Below are positions 1 to 11,720 of a DNA stretch of 64,000 nucleotides, piece by piece. Under the pieces are notes generated by a model. It did no database searches. It saw nothing but the letters and a program-made list of their open reading frames with translations, and was not told where the DNA came from. Position 1 is the stretch's first letter. Every line of letters starts with the position of its first letter. The stretch is taken from positions 5,766,001 to 5,830,000 of the forward strand of contig JBNRSN020000031.1 in the NCBI GenBank assembly GCA_051313645.2, in the 5' to 3' direction. The position numbers and the translations under genes were made by a program. This DNA comes from Centroscyllium fabricii. Lineage: Eukaryota.

Positions 1-2
1 CT

Positions 3-821
3 GAGCACCATGTCTACCTCGGAGTCACACTCGACAGATGCCTTACATTCAAAACCCACATCATGAAGACAAAGGCAAAAGTGAGCACCCGCAACAACAT
101 CCTGCGCAAACTCGCCAACACCAGATGGGGTGCATGTCCCAAGACACTACGTGCCACAGCCCTTGCCCTCAGCTTCTCTACTGCAGAATATGCCAGCCCA
201 GCGTGGGAAAGATCCACCCATGCTAAAAAACTGGACCCCGCTCTTAACGAGAGCTGCAGATGTATCACTGGGTGCCTGAAGCCCACTAACACCAACGACC
301 TGTACATCCTGGCAGGTATCGCCCCTCCAGACATCAGAAGAGCGGTAGCCAGCAGGACAGAGCGGCGCAGGCAAACCACAGATGAGAGGCACCCCCTACA
401 TGGCCATGTACCTGCCCCCAGCCGACTAAAATCACGGAGAAGTTTCCTGACCAGCACTGCTCCACTGGAGACAACACCATCTGAAGCCCGCCTTAAAATG
501 TGGAAGGAAAAGCTGTCCAAACACCCACACAGCTCGACTATGCTCATCCCCCCTGCTGAAACCCTCCCACCAGGAGATAACAACTGGGCAAAATGGAAGT
601 GCTTGAACCGACTCCGCTCAGGTGTTGGCCGTTCCAGGGAAGCCCTAAGCAGATGGGGTTATCTTAGTGGCCCAACCACATGTGACTGTGGCACAGAACC
701 CCAGACCATGGAGCACCTCCTTCGATGTCCTCTGTTAGGTGGACCCTGCACAGCAAAGGACCTAGCACTCTACAACATCAAGGGACAGCAATGTACCAAG
801 CACTGGTTGGACGTTATATAA
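3..821 (+). CDS. Partial (5'-open) LINE pol ORF: end of reverse transcriptase, thumb/wrist region and C-terminal zinc knuckle
   Basis: The frame of track ORF 63..821 is open back to base 3 (EHHVYLGVTLDRCLTFKTHI-MKTKAK...), so the ATG at 63 is internal. It ends LNRLRSGVGR...WGY...CDCGTEPQTMEHLLRCP (Cx1Cx8Hx3C). No stops or frameshifts, and no RNase H between thumb and knuckle. Confidence 0.9.
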   Translation, partial: EHHVYLGVTLDRCLTFKTHIMKTKAKVSTRNNILRKLANTRWGACPKTLRATALALSFSTAEYASPAWERSTHAKKLDPALNESCRCITGCLKPTNTNDLYILAGIAPPDIRRAVASRTERRRQTTDERHPLHGHVPAPSRLKSRRSFLTSTAPLETTPSEARLKMWKEKLSKHPHSSTMLIPPAETLPPGDNNWAKWKCLNRLRSGVGRSREALSRWGYLSGPTTCDCGTEPQTMEHLLRCPLLGGPCTAKDLALYNIKGQQCTKHWLDVI

Positions 822-846
822 GCTGAATAGCTTTGTATATGGACAC

Positions 847-857
847 GAAGAAGAAGA
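847..857 (+). repeat. (GAA)n 3' tail of the LINE
   Basis: GAAGAAGAAGA lies immediately before satellite CCTATTATATTC. Confidence 0.75.
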
Positions 858-2448
858 CCTATTATATTCAATTAATCAAATGCTGAGTTATCATTGGCCT
901 GCAGGCATCTGTAAGAACTGCCTATTATATTCACGTAATCACATGCTGAGTTATCATTGGCCCACACATCTGTAAGGACTACCTATTATATTCACGTAAT
1001 CACATTCTGATTTATCATTGCCCACAGGCATCTGTAAGGACAACCTATTATATTCACGTAATCACATGCTGAGTTATCATTGCCCTACTGGCATCTGTAT
1101 GGACTACCTATTACATTCACGTAATCACATGCTGAGTTATCATCGGCCCACAGGCATCTGTATGGACTACCTATTATATTCACGTAATCACATGCTGAGT
1201 TATCATTGGCCCACAGGCATCTGGAAGGACTACCTATAATATTCACGTAATCACATGCTGATTTATCATTGGATCAAAGGCATCTGTAAGGACTACTATT
1301 GTATTCACGTAATCACATGCTGAGATATCATTGGCCCACAGGCATCTGTAAGGACTACCTATTATATTTACATAATCACATGCTGAGTTATCATTGGCCC
1401 ACAGGCATCTGGAAGGACTACCTATTATATTCACGTAATTACATGCTGAATTATCATTGGACCAAAGGCATCTGTAAGGACTACCTATTATATTCACGTA
1501 ATCACATGTTGAGTTATCATTGGCCCACAGGCATCTGTAAGGACTACATATTATATTCACGTAATCACATGCTGAATTATCATTGCGCACAGTCATCTGT
1601 AAGGACTACCTATTATATTCACGTAATCACATGCTGAGTTATCATTGGCCCAATGGCATCTGTAAGGACTACTATTGTATTCACTTAACCACATGCTGAG
1701 TTATCATTGGCCGCAGGCATCTGTAAGGACTACCCATTATATTCACGTAATCACATGCTGTGTTATCATTGGCCCATAGGCATCTGTAAGGACTACTATT
1801 GTATTCAAGTAATCAAATGCTGAGTTATTATTGGACTGCAGGCATCTGTAAGGACTACTATTGTATTCACGTAATCACATGCTGAGTTATCATTGGCCCA
1901 CAGGCATCTGTAAGTCTACCTATTATATTCACGTATTCACATGCTGAGTTATCATTGGCCCACAGGCATCTGTAAGGACTAACCATTATATTCACGTAAT
2001 CACATGCTGAGTTATCATTGGCCCACAGGCAACTGTAAGGACTACTATTGTATTCACGTAATCAAATGCTGAGTTATTATTGGACTGCAGGCATCTGTAA
2101 GGACTACTATTGTATTCACGTAATCAAATGCTGAGTTATCATTGGCCCACAGGCATCTGTAAGGACTACTATTGTATTCACGTAATCACATGCTGAGTTA
2201 TCATTGGCCCGCAGGCATCTGTAAGGACTACCTATTATATTCACGTAATCACACGCTGAGTTATCATTGGCCCACAGGTATCTGTAAGGACTACTACTAT
2301 ATTCACGTAATCACATGCTGAGTTATCATTGGCCCACTGGCATCTGTAAGGACTACTATTGTATTCACGTAATCAAATGCTGAGTTATCATTGGCACACA
2401 GGCATCTGCAAGGACTACTATTGTATTCACGTAATCACATGCTGAGTT

Positions 2449-2655
2449 TTTTATCCGCAGGCAGTGCGCCTACTGAACGGCTAACGGCAACTGTTATTAT
2501 CTGTTATTAATTGGTTTTTTTTATACTTACACTTGTTCTACTTTTACTCGTGCTTTTTTCTTTATAAGTGTGGGAGTGAACGGGGAGTAAGCATTCCATT
2601 GTACTTGTTACATATGGCAAATAAAGGATCTTGTATCTTGTATCTTGTATCTTGT
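2449..2655 (+). mobile_element. 5'-truncated Rex1/Babar-like LINE fragment (last ORF codons, 3' UTR and tandem tail)
   Basis: 2449-2484 translates FYPQAVRLLNG*, matching the (S)F(F/Y)PQA(I/V)RLLN C-terminus typical of Rex1/Babar ORFs. T-rich 3' UTR, GTAAGCATTCCATTGTACTTG, AATAAA at 2620-2625, (ATCTTGT)4 tail. It splits a monomer at GAGTT^ATCATTGG. Confidence 0.8.
2628..2655 (+). repeat. (ATCTTGT)4 heptamer tail of the Rex1/Babar-like insert
   Basis: Four perfect ATCTTGT units just after AATAAAGG, merging into satellite ATCATTGG. Confidence 0.92.
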
Positions 2656-5425
2656 ATCATTGGCCCGCAGGCATCTGTAAGGACTACCTATTATATTCAC
2701 GTAATCACATGCTGAATTATCATTGGACCAAAGGCATCTGTAAGGAGTACCTATTATATTCACGTAATCACATGTTGAGTTATCATTGGCCCACAGGCAT
2801 CTGAAAAGACTACCTATTATATTCACGTAATCACATGCTGAGTTATCATTGCCCACAGGCATCTGTAAGGACTACCTATTATATTCACGTAATCACATGC
2901 TGAGTTATCATTGGCCCACTGGCATCTGTAAGGACTACTATTGTATTCACTTAACCACATGCTGAGTTATCATTGGCCGCAGGCATCTGTAAGGACTACC
3001 CATTCTATTCACGTAATCACATGCTGATTTATCAATGGCCAACGGGCATCTGTAAGGACTACTATTGTATTCACGTAATCTAATGCTGAGTTATCATTGG
3101 CCTGCAGGCATCTGTTAGGACAACTATTATATTCACGTAATCACATGCTGAGTTATCATTGGCCCACAGGCATCTGTAAGGACTACCTATTATATTCACG
3201 TAATCACATGCTGAGTTATCATTGGCACACAGGCATCTGTAAGGACTACCTATTATATTCTCGTAATCACATGCTGAATTATCATTGGCCCACAGGCATC
3301 TGTAAGGACTACCAATTATATTCACGTGATCACATGCTGAGTTATCATTGGCCCACAGGCATCTGTAAGGACTACCTGTTATATTCATGTAATCTCACGC
3401 TGAGTTATCATTGGCCCACAGGCATTTGTAAGGACTACGTATTATATTCACGTAATCACATGCTGAGTTATCATTGGCCCACAGGCATCTGTAAGGACTA
3501 CCTATTATATTCACGTAATCACATGCTGAGTTATCATTGGCCCACAGGCATCTGTAAGGACTACCTATTATATTCACGTAATCCCATGCTGAGATACCAT
3601 TGGCCCACAGGCATCTGTAAGGACTACCTATTATATTCACGTAATCACATGCTAAGTTATCATTGGCCCACAGGCATCTGTAAGGACTTCCTATTATATT
3701 CACGTAATCACATGCTGAATTATCATTGGCCCACAGGCATCTGTAATGACTACCTATTATATTTACGTAATCACATGCTGAGTTATCATTGGCCCGCAGG
3801 CATCTGTAAGGACTACCAATTATATTCATGTGATCACATGCTGAGTTATCATTGGCCCACAGGCATCTGTAAGGACTACTATTGTATTCAATTAACCAAA
3901 TGCTGAGTTATCATTGGCCCACAGGCATCTGTAAGGACTACTAATGTATTCACGTAATCACATGCTGAGTTATCATTGGCCCGCAGGCATCTGTAAGGAC
4001 TAACTATTATATTCACGTAATCAGACGCTGAGTTATCATTGGCCCACAGGCATCTGTAAGGACTACTATTATATTCACGTAATCACATGCTGAGTTATCA
4101 TTGGCCCACTGGCATCTGTAAGGACTACCTATTATATTCACGTAATCAAATGCTGAATTATCATTGTCCCACAGGCATCTGTAAGGACTACTATTGTATT
4201 CACGTAATCACATGCTGAATTATCATTGGCCCACAGGCATCTGTAATGACTACCTATTATATTTACGTAATCACATGCTGAGTTATCATTGGCCCGCAGG
4301 CATCTGTAAGGACTACCAATTATATTCATGTGATCACATGCTGAGTTATCATTGGCCCACAGGCATCTGTAAGGACTACTATTGTATTCAATTAACCAAA
4401 TGCTGAGTTATCATTGGCCCACAGGCATCTGTAAGGACTACTAATGTATTCACGTAATCACATGCTGAGTTATCATTGGCCCGCAGGCATCTGTAAGGAC
4501 TAACTATTATATTCACGTAATCAGACGCTGAGTTATCATTGGCCCACAGGCATCTGTAAGGACTACTATTATATTCACGTAATCACATGCTGAGTTATCA
4601 TTGGCCCACTGGCATCTGTAAGGACTACTATTGTATTCATGTAATCAAATGCTGAGTTATCATTGGCCCACAGGCATCTGTAAGGACTACTATTGTATTC
4701 ACGTAATCACATGCTGAGTTATCATTGGCCCGCAGGCATCTGTAAGGGCTCCTATTATATTCACGTAATCACATGCTCAGTTATCATTGGCCCACAGGCA
4801 TCTGTAAGGACTACCTATTATATTCACGTAATCACATGCTGAATTAGCATTGGCCCACAGTCATTTGTAAGGGCTACTTATTATATTCTCGTAATCACAT
4901 GCTGAGTTATCATTGGCCCACAGGCATCTGTAAGGACTACCTATTTTATTCACGTAATCACATGATGAGTTATCATTGGCCCACAGGCATCTGTAAGGAC
5001 TACCCATTATATTCCCGCAATAATATGCTGAGTTATCATTGGCCCATGGGCATTTGTAAGGTCTACCTATTATATTCACGTAATCAAATGCTGAGATATC
5101 ATTGGCCCACAGGCTACTGTAAGGACTACCTATTATACTCAGGTAATCACATGCTGAATTATCATTGGCCCACAGGCATCTGTAAAAACTACCTATTATA
5201 TTCACGTAATCACATGCTGAGTTATCATTGGCCCACAGGTATCTGTAAGGACTACCTATTATATTCACGTAATCACATGCTGAGTTATCATTGGCCGACT
5301 GGCATCTGTAAGGACTACTATTGTATTCACTTAATCACATGCTGAGTTATCATTGGCCACAGGCATCTGTAAGGACTACCCATTCTATTCACGTAATCAC
5401 ATGCTGAGTTATCAATGGCCCACGG

Positions 5426-8400
5426 GCATCTGTAAGGACTACTATTGTATTCACGTAATCTAATGCTGAGTTATCATTGGCCTGCAGGCATCTGTAAGGA
5501 CAACTATTATATTCACGTAATCACATGCTGAGTTATCATTGGCCCACAGGCATCTGTAAGGACTACCTATTATATTCACGTAATCACATGCTGAGTTATC
5601 ATTGGCACACAGGCATCTGTAAGGACTACCTATTATATTCACGTAATCACATGCTGAATTATCATTGGCCCACAGGCATCTGAAAGGACTACCAATTTTA
5701 TTCACGTGATCACATGCTGAGTTATCATTGGCCCACAGGCATCTGTAAGGACTACCTGTTATATTCATGTAATCTCACGCTGAGTTATCATTGGCCCACA
5801 GGCATTTGTAAGGACTACGTATTATATTCACGTAATCACATGCTGAGTTATCATTGGCCCACAGGCATCTGTAAGGACTACCTATTATATTCACGTAATC
5901 ACATGCTGAGTTATCATTGGCCCACAGGCATCTGTAAGGACTACCTATTATATTCACGTAATACAATGCTGAGATACCATTGGCCCACAGGCATCTGTAA
6001 GGACTACCTATTATATTCACGTAATCACATGCTGAATTATCATTGGCCCACAGGCATCTGTAATGACTACCTATTATATTTACGTAATCACATGCTGAGT
6101 TATCATTGGCCCGCAGGCATCTGTAAGGACTACCAATTATATTCACGTGATCACATGCTGAGTTATCATTGGCCCACAGGCATCTGTAAGGACTACTAAT
6201 GTATTCACGTAATCACATGCTGAGTTATCATTGGCCCGCAGGCATCTGTAAGGACTACCTATTATATTCACGTAATCAGACGCTGAGTTATCATTGGCCC
6301 ACAGGCATCTGTAAGGACTACTATTATATTCACGTAATCACATGCTGAGTTATCATTGGCCCACTGGCTTCTGTAAGGACTACTATTGTATTCAATTAAT
6401 CAAATGCTGAGTTATCATTGGCCCACAGGCATCTGTAAGGACTACTATTGTATTCACGTAATCACATGCTGAGTTATCATTGGCCCGCAGGCATCTGTAA
6501 GGGCTCCTATTATATTCACGTAATCACATGCTGAGTTATCATTGGCCCACAGGCATTTGTAAGGGTTACCTATTATATTCACGTAATCACAAGCTGAGTT
6601 ATCATTGGCCCACAGGCATCTGTAAGGACTACCTATTTTATTCACGTAATCACATGATGAGTTATCATTGGCCCACAGGCATCTGTAAGGACTACCTATT
6701 ATATTCCCGCAATAATATGCTGAGTTATCATTGGCCCATGGGCATCTGTAAGGTCTACCTATTATATTCACGGAATCAAATGCTGAGATATCATTGGCCC
6801 ACAGGCTACTGTAAGGACTACCTATTATACTCAGGTAATCACATGCTGAATTATCATTGGCCCACAGGCATCTGTAAAAACTACCTATTATATTCACGTA
6901 ATCACATGCTGAGTTATCATTGGCCCACAGGTATCTGTAAGGACTACCTATTATATTCACGTAATCACATGCTGAGTTATCATTGGCCCACTGGCATCTG
7001 TAAGGACTACGTATTATATTCACGTAATCACAAGCTGAGATATCATTGGCCCACAGGTATCTGTAAGGACTTCCTATTATATTCACGTAATCACATGCTG
7101 AGTTATCATTGGCCCACAGGCTTCTGGAAGGACTACCTATTATATTCACGTAATCACATGCTAAATTATCATTGGACCAAAGGCATCTGTAAGGACTACC
7201 TATTATATTCACGTAATCACATGTTGAGTTATCATTGGCCCACAGGCATCTGTAAGGACTACCTATTATACTCACGTAATCACATGCTGAGTTATCATTG
7301 GCCCACAGGCATCTGTAAGGACTACATATTATATTGACGTAATCACATGCTGAATTATGATTGGCCCACAGGCATCTGGAAGGACTACCTATTATATTCA
7401 CGTAATCACATGCTGAGTTATCATTGGCCACAGGCATCTGTAAGGACAACCTATTATATTCACGTAATCACATGCTGAGTTATCATTGGCCCACAGGCAT
7501 CTTTAAGGACTACCTATTATATTCACGTAATCACATGCTGAGTTATCATTGGCCTGCAGGCATCTGTAAGGACTGCCTATTATATTCACGTAATCACATG
7601 CTGAGTTATCATTGGCCCACAGGCATCTGTAAGGACTAACTATTATATTAACGTAATCACATGCTGAGTTATCATTGGCGACAGGCATCTCTAAAGACTA
7701 CCTATTATATTCACGTAATCACATGCTGAGTTATCATTGGCCCACAGGCATCTGTAAGGACTACCTTTTATATTCACGTAATCACATGCTGAATTATCAT
7801 TGGCCCACAGGCATCTGTAAGGACAACCTATTATATTCACGTAATCACATGCTGAGTTATCATTGGCCCATAGGCACCTGTAAGGACTACCTATTATTTT
7901 CACGTAATCACATGCTGAGTTATCATTGGCCCACAGGCATCAGTTAGGACTACCTATTATATTCACATAATCACATGCAGAATTATCATTTGCCCACAGG
8001 CATCTGTAAGGACTACCTATTATATTCACGTAATCAAATGCTGAGTTATCATTGCCCACTGGCATCTGTAAGGACTACCTATTATATTCACGTAATCACA
8101 TGCTGAGATATCATTGGCCCACAGGCATCTGTAAGGACTACCTATTATATTCACGTAATCACATGCTAAGTTATCATTGGCCCACAGGCATCTGTAAGGA
8201 CTACCTATTATATTCACGTAATCACATTCTGAATTATCATTGGCCCACAGGCATCTGTAAGGACTACATATTATATTCCCGTAATCATATGCTGAGTTAT
8301 CATTGGCCCACAGACATCTGTAAGGATTACCTTTTATATTCACGTAATCACATGCTGAGTTATCATTGCGCACAGGCATCTGTAAGGACTACCTATTATA

Positions 8401-11400
8401 TTCCCGCAATAATATGCTGAGTTATCATTGGCCCATGGGCATCTGTAAGGTCTACCTATTATATTCACGTAATCAAATGCTGAGATATCATTGGCCCACA
8501 GGCAACTGTAAGGACTACCTATTATATTCAGGTAATCACATGCTGAATTATCATTGGCCCACAGGCATCTGTAAAAACTACCTATTATATTCACGTAATC
8601 ACATGCTGAGTTATCATTGGCCCACAGGCATCTGTAAGGACTACCTGTTATATTCACGTAATCCCATGCTGAGTATTCATTGGCCCACAGGCATTTGAAA
8701 GGACTACCTATTATATTCAAGTATTCACATATTGAGTTATCATTGGCCCACAGCCATCTGTAAGGACTATCTTTTATATTCACGTAATCACATGCTGAGT
8801 TATCATTGGCCAACAGGCATCTGTAAGGACTACCTATTATATTCACGTAATCATATGTTGAGTTATCATCGGCCAACAGTCACCTGTAAGGACAACCTAT
8901 TTTATTCAATGAATCACATGCTGAGTTATCATTGGCTCACAGGCATCTGTAAGGACTACCTATTATATTCACATAATCACATGCTGAGTTATCATTGGCC
9001 CACAGGCATCTCTAAGGACCACCTATTATATTCACGTAGTCACATGCTGAGTTATCATTGGCCCACAGGCATCTGTAAGGACTACCTATTATATTCACGT
9101 AATCACATGCTGAGTTATCATTGGCCCGCAGGCATCTGGAAGGACTACCTATTATATTCACGTAATCACATGCTGAATTATCATTGAACCAAAGGCATCT
9201 GTAAGGTCTGTCTATTATATTCACGTAATCACATGCTGTGTTATCATTGGCCACAGGCATCTGTAAAGACTACCTATTATATTCACGTTATCACATGCTG
9301 AGTTATCATTGGCCCACAGGCATCTGTAAGGACTACCTTTTATATTCACGTAATCACATGCTGAATTATCATTGGCCCACAGGCATCTTTAAGGACTACC
9401 TATTATATTCTCGTAATCAGATGCTGAGTTATCATTGGCCCACAGGCATCTGTAAGGACTACCTTTTATATTCACGTAATCACATGCTGAATTATCATTG
9501 GCCCACAGGCATCTGTAAGGACTACCTATTATATTCTCGTAATCACATGCTGAGTTATCATTGGCCCACAGGCATCTGTAAGGACTACCTATTATATTCA
9601 CGTATTCACATGCAGAGATATCATCGGCCAACAGTTATCTTTAAGGACAACCTATTGTATTCAAGTAAACACATGCTGAGTTATCATTGGCCCACAGGCA
9701 TCTGTAAGGACTACCTATTATATTAACGTAATCACATGCTGAGTTATCATTGGCCCACAGGCATCTGTAAGGACTACCTATTATATTCACGTAATCACAT
9801 GCTGAATTATCATTGGCCCACAGGCATCTGTAAGGACAACCTATTATATTCACGTAATCACATGCTGAGTTATCATTGGCCCACAGGCACCTGTAAGGAC
9901 TACCTATTATATTCACGTAATCAAATGCTGAGATATCATTGGCCCACAGGCATCTGTAAGGACTACCTATTATATTCACGTAATCACATGCTGAGTTATC
10001 ATTGGCCCACAGGCATCAGTTAGGACTACCTATTATATTCACATAATCACATGCTGAATTATCATTGGCCCACAGGCATCTGTAAGGACTACCTATTATA
10101 TTCACGTAATCAAATGCTGAGTTATCATTGCCCACTGGCATCTGTAAGGACTACCTATTATATTCACGTAATCACATGCTGAGATTTCATTGGCCCACAG
10201 GCATCTGTAAGGACTACCTATTATATTCACGTAATCACATGCTAAGTTATCATTGGCCCACAGGCATCTGTAAGGACTACCTATTATATTCACGTAATCA
10301 CATTCTGAATTATCATTGGCCCACAGGCATCTGTAAGGACTACCTATTATATTCCCGTAATCATATGCTGAGTTATCATTGGCCCACAGACATCTGTAAG
10401 GATTACCTTTTATATTCACGTAATCACATGCTGAGTTATCATTGCGCACAGGCATCTGTAAGGACTACCTATTATATTCCCGCAATAATATGCTGAGTTA
10501 TCATTGGCCCATGGGCATCTGTAAGGTCTACGTATTATATTCACGTAATCAAATGCTGAGATATCATTGGCCCACAGGCAAATGTAAGGACTACCTATTA
10601 TATTCAGGTAATCACATGCTGAATTATCATTGGCCCACAGGCATCTGTAAAAACTACATATTATATTCAGGTAATCACATGCTGAGTTATCATTGGCCCA
10701 CAGGCATCTGTAAGGACTACCTGTTATATTCACGTAATCCCATGCTGAGTATTCATTGGCCCACAGGCATTTGGAAGGACTACTTATTATATTCACCTAT
10801 TCACATATTGAGTTATCATTGGCCCACAGCCATCTGTAAGGACTAACTTTTATATTCACGTAATCACATGCTGAGTTATCATTGGCCAACAGGCATCTGT
10901 AAGGACTACCTATTATATTCACGTAATCATATGCTGAGTTATCATCGGCCAACAGTCACCTGTAAGGACAACCTATTGTATTCAATGAATCACATGCTGA
11001 GTTATCATTGGCTACAGGCATCTGTAAGGACTACATATTATATTCACGTAATCACATGCTGAGTTATCATTGGCCCACAGGCATCTGTAAGGACTACCTA
11101 TTATATTCACGTAATCACATGCTGAGTTATCATTGGCCCACAGGCATCTGTAAGGACTACCTATTATATTCACGTAATCACATGCTGAGTTATCATTGGC
11201 CCACAGGCATCTGGTAGGACTACCTATTATATTCATGTAATCACATGCTGAATTATCATTGGAACAAAGGCATCTGTAAGTACTACTATTGTATTCACGT
11301 AATCAAATGCTGAGTTAACATTGGCCCACAGGCATCTGTAAGAACTACCTATTATATTTACGTAATCACATGCTGAGTTATCATTGGCCCACAGGCATCT

Positions 11401-11720
11401 GGAAGGACTACCTATTATATTCAGGTAATCACATGCTGAGTTATCATTGGCCCGCAGGCATCTGGAAGGACTACCTATTATATTCACGTAATCACATGCT
11501 GAATTGTCATTGGACCAAAGGCATCTGTAAGGTCTACCTATTATTTTCAATTAATCACATGCTGAGTATTCATTGGCCCACAGGCATCTGTAAGGACTAC
11601 CTATTATATTCACGTAATCACATGCTGAGTTACCATTGGCCCACAGGCATCTGGAAGGACTACCTATTATATTCACGTATTCACATGCTGAGTTATCATT
11701 GGCCACAGGCATCTGTAAGG
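5426..11720 (+). repeat. Copy 1 of a ~6-kb long-range duplicated satellite block (copy 2 at ~57696-63736)
   Basis: Collinear rare variants: TAATCTAATG (5456/57726), CGGAATCAAA (6771/59165), CTGGTAGGAC (11211/63227). ORF-track translations are near-identical at offsets 52270, 52394, 52457 and 52016. Boundaries are approximate. Confidence 0.88.

Larger units (their letters stand above)
1..857 (+). mobile_element. 3' end of a non-LTR retrotransposon (LINE), most like the Ingi/Vingi clade (I group); continues off the left edge
   Basis: RT C-terminal/thumb motif YLGVTLDR, then LRKLANTRWGA...AEYASPAW...CITGCLKPT...LAGIAPP and a terminal CCHC knuckle. Stop at 821, ~25-nt 3' UTR, (GAA)n tail at 847-857 joined directly to satellite. 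The clade call is from motif recall only. Confidence 0.88.

Noticed and set aside
14-583. ORFs 14..583(-), 38..226(+) and 147..392(-)
   Set aside because: They are antisense or alternate-frame shadows of the LINE pol ORF with no recognisable motifs.
2533-2715. 60-aa ORF crossing the Rex1-like insert
   Set aside because: It is a chance read-through of T-rich UTR, heptamer tail and satellite from a TTG start.
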